The notes beneath the pieces are model-generated. The model made no database searches and was not told where the DNA came from. It saw nothing but the letters and a program-made list of their open reading frames with translations. From positions 1 through 58,243 of the IMG/VR virus record IMGVR_UViG_3300020313_000002: DNA of 58,243 nucleotides; one strand, written 5' to 3'. Shown in pieces: positions 55,432-58,243 of the stretch. The position numbers and the translations under genes are program-made. The DNA is from a virus (Duplodnaviria; Caudoviricetes). Position 1 is the first letter of the stretch. Each line of letters opens with the position of its first letter.

Positions 55432-55787
55432 TCCTCCATTATTTGACCGCCAATAGCTATTTCTAAAGTTTCTAATACCAGTAGAATCGCTACACCTATG
55501 TCGTAAACAAGATCACCAACGGTAATTCCTATTTCTTCATTAAGTAATAATGATTCATCACCACTATCTACTAGATGTGCAATCATTTCTTGATGATTGT
55601 ATTTAACAACTCCAGAGATTAATCTTGCGAATGCTTCACTGGTATCATCTCTAGATAATGCATCAGTCCCTTTATCTGCCATGAAACCATCTAGGCTTTG
55701 GTACTTTTTAATAACCTTGTCTTTCATAGCTTTAAAATTTTTATTAGTGATGTAGCTGATAATATCTTCCTTGACTTTGAATGTCAT
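55416..55787 (-). CDS. Early-region hypothetical protein
   Basis: 123 aa with AAGGA RBS. Confidence 0.7.
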   Translation of the reverse strand: MTFKVKEDIISYITNKNFKAMKDKVIKKYQSLDGFMADKGTDALSRDDTSEAFARLISGVVKYNHQEMIAHLVDSGDESLLLNEEIGITVGDLVYDIGVAILLVLETLEIAIGGQIMEEWHQE

Positions 55788-55789
55788 GG

Positions 55790-56005
55790 TTAGCTTCCTT
55801 TCATATCGTTAGCTATAAACTTTATAAAATCAGCACCTTGGTCTTTAACAATGACCATTGCGTTGAATTGCATTTCATGCAATGCACCATTTCTACTTGA
55901 TCGTGAACCACTATCTATTTCGTTTAGAGTGTGATTCATTTCAAGCAATTTGGATTTGGGAATAACAACCCCTAACCCACTGCTATAAAGAGTTACATTT
56001 TCCAA
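55790..56005 (-). CDS. Small hypothetical protein
   Basis: TTG start after AAGGA. Confidence 0.55.
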   Translation of the reverse strand: MENVTLYSSGLGVVIPKSKLLEMNHTLNEIDSGSRSSRNGALHEMQFNAMVIVKDQGADFIKFIANDMKGS

Positions 56006-56103
56006 TTTATTTTCCTTTCATAAAAACAACGGATAAAACCACACAAACAAATGGTTTAAGAGAGCTGCTGACGGTTGAAACGTGCAGCCAATGTGGTATA
56101 GAG

Positions 56104-56136
56104 AAAAAAAGGAGGAGGAAAATCCCCCTCCTTTTT
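56104..56136 (-). terminator. Bidirectional Rho-independent terminator
   Basis: AAAAAGGAGG.GGA-AAA-TCC.CCTCCTTTTT. Confidence 0.75.
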
Positions 56137-56139
56137 AGT

Positions 56140-56379
56140 TCAGACAAAGTGTGTTTCTGAGTAGATTGAACATATCATTTGCAATAGCGTCATCCATCTA
56201 GCGTAGATTTCGTGATCTATTTCACCAAATTCCTCGTTCATTTCATCCAGATGATATAGTATTTCCTGTGCATTGAATCTGTATTCTGATGCACGTTGCG
56301 CAGCTGAAGTCCAATTACCATTCCACATCATGGAATAAATTTCCTCGAACTGCTCTTTAGTTGTACGTGGTGTGTACAT
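56140..56379 (-). CDS. Small hypothetical protein
   Basis: 79 aa, GGAGG RBS, TAATG coupling. Confidence 0.7.
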   Translation of the reverse strand: MYTPRTTKEQFEEIYSMMWNGNWTSAAQRASEYRFNAQEILYHLDEMNEEFGEIDHEIYARWMTLLQMICSIYSETHFV

Positions 56380-56582
56380 TATTTAAATCCTCCAAACATT
56401 TTGTCGAAACAGGTTCCGCAGATTCCACTAATCAATAACTCTCGTTGTGAAATCGTTAGGTACGGCATAGCATCCTGAATTAGCTTACCGTTTTGCCAAG
56501 ATTGATAATCATCACTCTCAACTACCATTTGAGTTTCTGAATCACAAGTGTCACAATTTTTTGTGATCGCTTTTAATACCAC
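56379..56582 (-). CDS. Small Zn-binding phage protein (IQDAMPYL...RELLISGIC..C family)
   Basis: CDTC...GKLIQDAMPYLTISQRELLISGICGTCF. Confidence 0.75.
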   Translation of the reverse strand: MVLKAITKNCDTCDSETQMVVESDDYQSWQNGKLIQDAMPYLTISQRELLISGICGTCFDKMFGGFK

Positions 56583-56776
56583 TACTTTCTTCCTTTCTTT
56601 ATCAACTCTTCGGCCATTGATTCGTAATCAACACCGCTACAGATACCAGCATGTTCTTTAAGTTGTTCCTCAAAGGACAAGCTGTTTTCTTTAATAATAT
56701 TTTCTAGATGTTCAACTCTTTCCTGTAGTTGGCACATCCTGTTGTCACATACTTCAATCCATTGTCGTAACTTCAT
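56582..56776 (-). CDS. Small coiled-coil hypothetical protein
   Basis: ATG after GAGG, downstream of the promoter at 56793-56820. Confidence 0.6.
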   Translation of the reverse strand: MKLRQWIEVCDNRMCQLQERVEHLENIIKENSLSFEEQLKEHAGICSGVDYESMAEELIKKGRK

Positions 56777-56792
56777 TACTATTTCCTCATAA

Positions 56793-56820
56793 ATTCTACC
56801 GTACACGGAACAATAATCAA
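56793..56820 (-). promoter_or_regulatory. Sigma70-like promoter of the phage promoter family
   Basis: TTGATT-ATTGTTCCGTGTACGG-TAGAAT. Confidence 0.75.
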
Positions 56821-56827
56821 TAATTAA

Positions 56828-57100
56828 CTACTCATTATTTATAATTATGTTTCCAATCTCGTGTCTTATTACTTGTTCGAGTATTTCTACCTTCATCTTT
56901 AAGGTTCTTATCTTTTCAATATCATTTTCAAAAGATACATCGCTATCGTTAAACGATTTATATCCCTTGTTAAACATGATTATTGCTTTGGGACTAGCTT
57001 TCTCAGCTGCTTCTTTGCATTCATCAAAGTAAATGCTATTAGCTGATAGGTAGATTCTTTGACCGTCCATGATTGATACTTTCATTTGTAAAGCACTCAT
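56828..57100 (-). CDS. Small hypothetical protein
   Basis: 90-aa ATG ORF. Confidence 0.6.
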   Translation of the reverse strand: MSALQMKVSIMDGQRIYLSANSIYFDECKEAAEKASPKAIIMFNKGYKSFNDSDVSFENDIEKIRTLKMKVEILEQVIRHEIGNIIINNE

Positions 57101-57307
57101 TACATACTCTCTTTCTTTAATCCATTAAAGATACTATTTATAGACACAACGAAGTGTGCCACAAAAACACAGCACACGAAGAAAGAACTGCTACTGGTTG
57201 AACCAGAAACGCTGGTTACCGGGAGGAGGAAGGAAAAATATTTTAAGCACCGGGACGCTGCGCTTCCGGTTGAAACAGAGAGCCTGAGTAGTCTTAACGA
57301 AGCAAGC

Positions 57308-57341
57308 AAAAAAAGGGAGCCGAGCATACGCCCGACTCCCT
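57308..57341 (-). terminator. Rho-independent terminator
   Basis: AGGGAGTCGGGC-GTAT-GCTCGGCTCCCT followed by TTTTTT. Confidence 0.85.
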
Positions 57342-57349
57342 CTGAAGAC

Positions 57350-57904
57350 TTACTTCGTAGCCAGTTCTAATCCGGTACGTTGCAAGACCTTGGAAAATTC
57401 TTTCAGCTCTGAATTAATCAAGTTAGGTATCTTGCGAGCGATAGGCTTACCCGATCCCTCCTTGTTCTCAAAGCGTACTAGGTTGTAGAGTGTATTACTC
57501 CAAGTACGACTTCCATCATTAAGATGTATGATAAAATCCGTTTCGCCATCGGCATCGCCATCGCCAAATACATCTTCCACGTACATCTTAGGTACATCTA
57601 CCAGCTTGCATTTGCTGGGATCATCAAACGCACCGTTTTTGGCGATGACTCCAGTGCCTAAGACGAGAACTAACTCACCAGCAATCTCATCCATTCGGAT
57701 CTCTTGCCTGTATTGGAGGCCTAGATGCCTGTACTCTGTAGACATCCACTTTGCAACCTGAGTCCAATTAGCGGTCTTTGTACCGGCAAGAGATTTAGCT
57801 ATTTCCGCAAAGAACTTTGGATCACCTTTCGGTAAAGCCATAAACTTCTCCGCAGCAGCTTCAGTTTTTTGAGTAGGATTTGAAAGATTAATTTTAGTAG
57901 CCAT
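57350..57904 (-). CDS. Hypothetical protein, probable first early gene
   Basis: ATG (MATKIN) after AGGAG; has its own terminator. Confidence 0.75.
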   Translation of the reverse strand: MATKINLSNPTQKTEAAAEKFMALPKGDPKFFAEIAKSLAGTKTANWTQVAKWMSTEYRHLGLQYRQEIRMDEIAGELVLVLGTGVIAKNGAFDDPSKCKLVDVPKMYVEDVFGDGDADGETDFIIHLNDGSRTWSNTLYNLVRFENKEGSGKPIARKIPNLINSELKEFSKVLQRTGLELATK

Positions 57905-58188
57905 GTGAAAGGCTCCTGTATTTAAAAGAGTAAAGTTAATAACCGGACATCGTGTTGTAAACACAACACAATGCCCTATATAAACAAAGGGCAAAGTGTA
58001 TTAATCAATAGGGCATTAAGTAACCTACTACAAGAAGACTGTATAGAAGCGGAGCAATTAATATACATATCCATGTATATTAAATCCTAGTTCCCCCACC
58101 AGCATGATAGACAAACAACAGAACAGTAGATGTACGTGGAACTAGGATCCTACCTCTAGCATCTTAGGTTTCTTACTGCCGAACGGCA

Positions 58189-58243
58189 CTATAACTCGTA
58201 ACCTCTGTAGCAGCTTAGGGTTACAGTCTAACGGTTACCCCCT
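58189..58243. repeat. Terminal 55-bp direct repeat, copy 2
   Basis: Identical to 1-55. Confidence 0.95.

Noticed and set aside
53997-57276. GGTTGAAAC copies as CRISPR repeats or solitary repeat units
   Set aside because: Only about 10 nt resemble the ATTGAAAC repeat end; flanks are not conserved and spacing is in kilobases
57100-57327. 75-aa - strand ORF
   Set aside because: Starts inside a terminator stem; Ser/Phe-rich low-information translation typical of non-coding DNA

Overview
A complete, circular-mapping dsDNA tailed-phage genome of about 58.2 kb. The first 55 nt recur at 58189-58243, which looks like an assembler overlap. The architecture is podovirus-like: no tape measure, sheath or baseplate genes are recognisable. 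The + strand from 3.2 to 35.3 kb carries a metallophosphoesterase, scaffold, major capsid, decoration protein, TerS/TerL, portal, adaptor, nozzle and a very large (~14.5 kb) block of probable ejection proteins. The - strand from 35.3 to 58 kb and from 0.2 to 2.8 kb carries a counter-oriented tail-fibre module, RusA, HNH, an SF2 helicase, a ParB-like protein, ERF/RecE-like recombination genes, an HTH-CsrA-RNAP-alphaCTD regulatory trio, a serine recombinase, SSB, a MoxR/VWA module and small AT-rich early genes. I cannot recognise a DNA polymerase, primase, tyrosine integrase, endolysin, tRNA or CRISPR array. Weak clues point to a Planctomycetota host (inference). The most notable observations are: (1) a coiled-coil gene with its own RBS overprinted inside the linker of a peptidase-dead DUF2201/VWA gene; (2) a possible phage Csr circuit, with CsrA plus a GGA-hairpin leader and several structured intergenic RNAs; (3) five copies of an intergenic palindrome TTGGAAAAWTTTTCCAA; (4) a four-member promoter family with an embedded CCGTRTACGG dyad; (5) a twin-arginine motif and a SLOG-like domain in the largest ejection protein. 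All family assignments come from motif recognition by eye, not from database searches.
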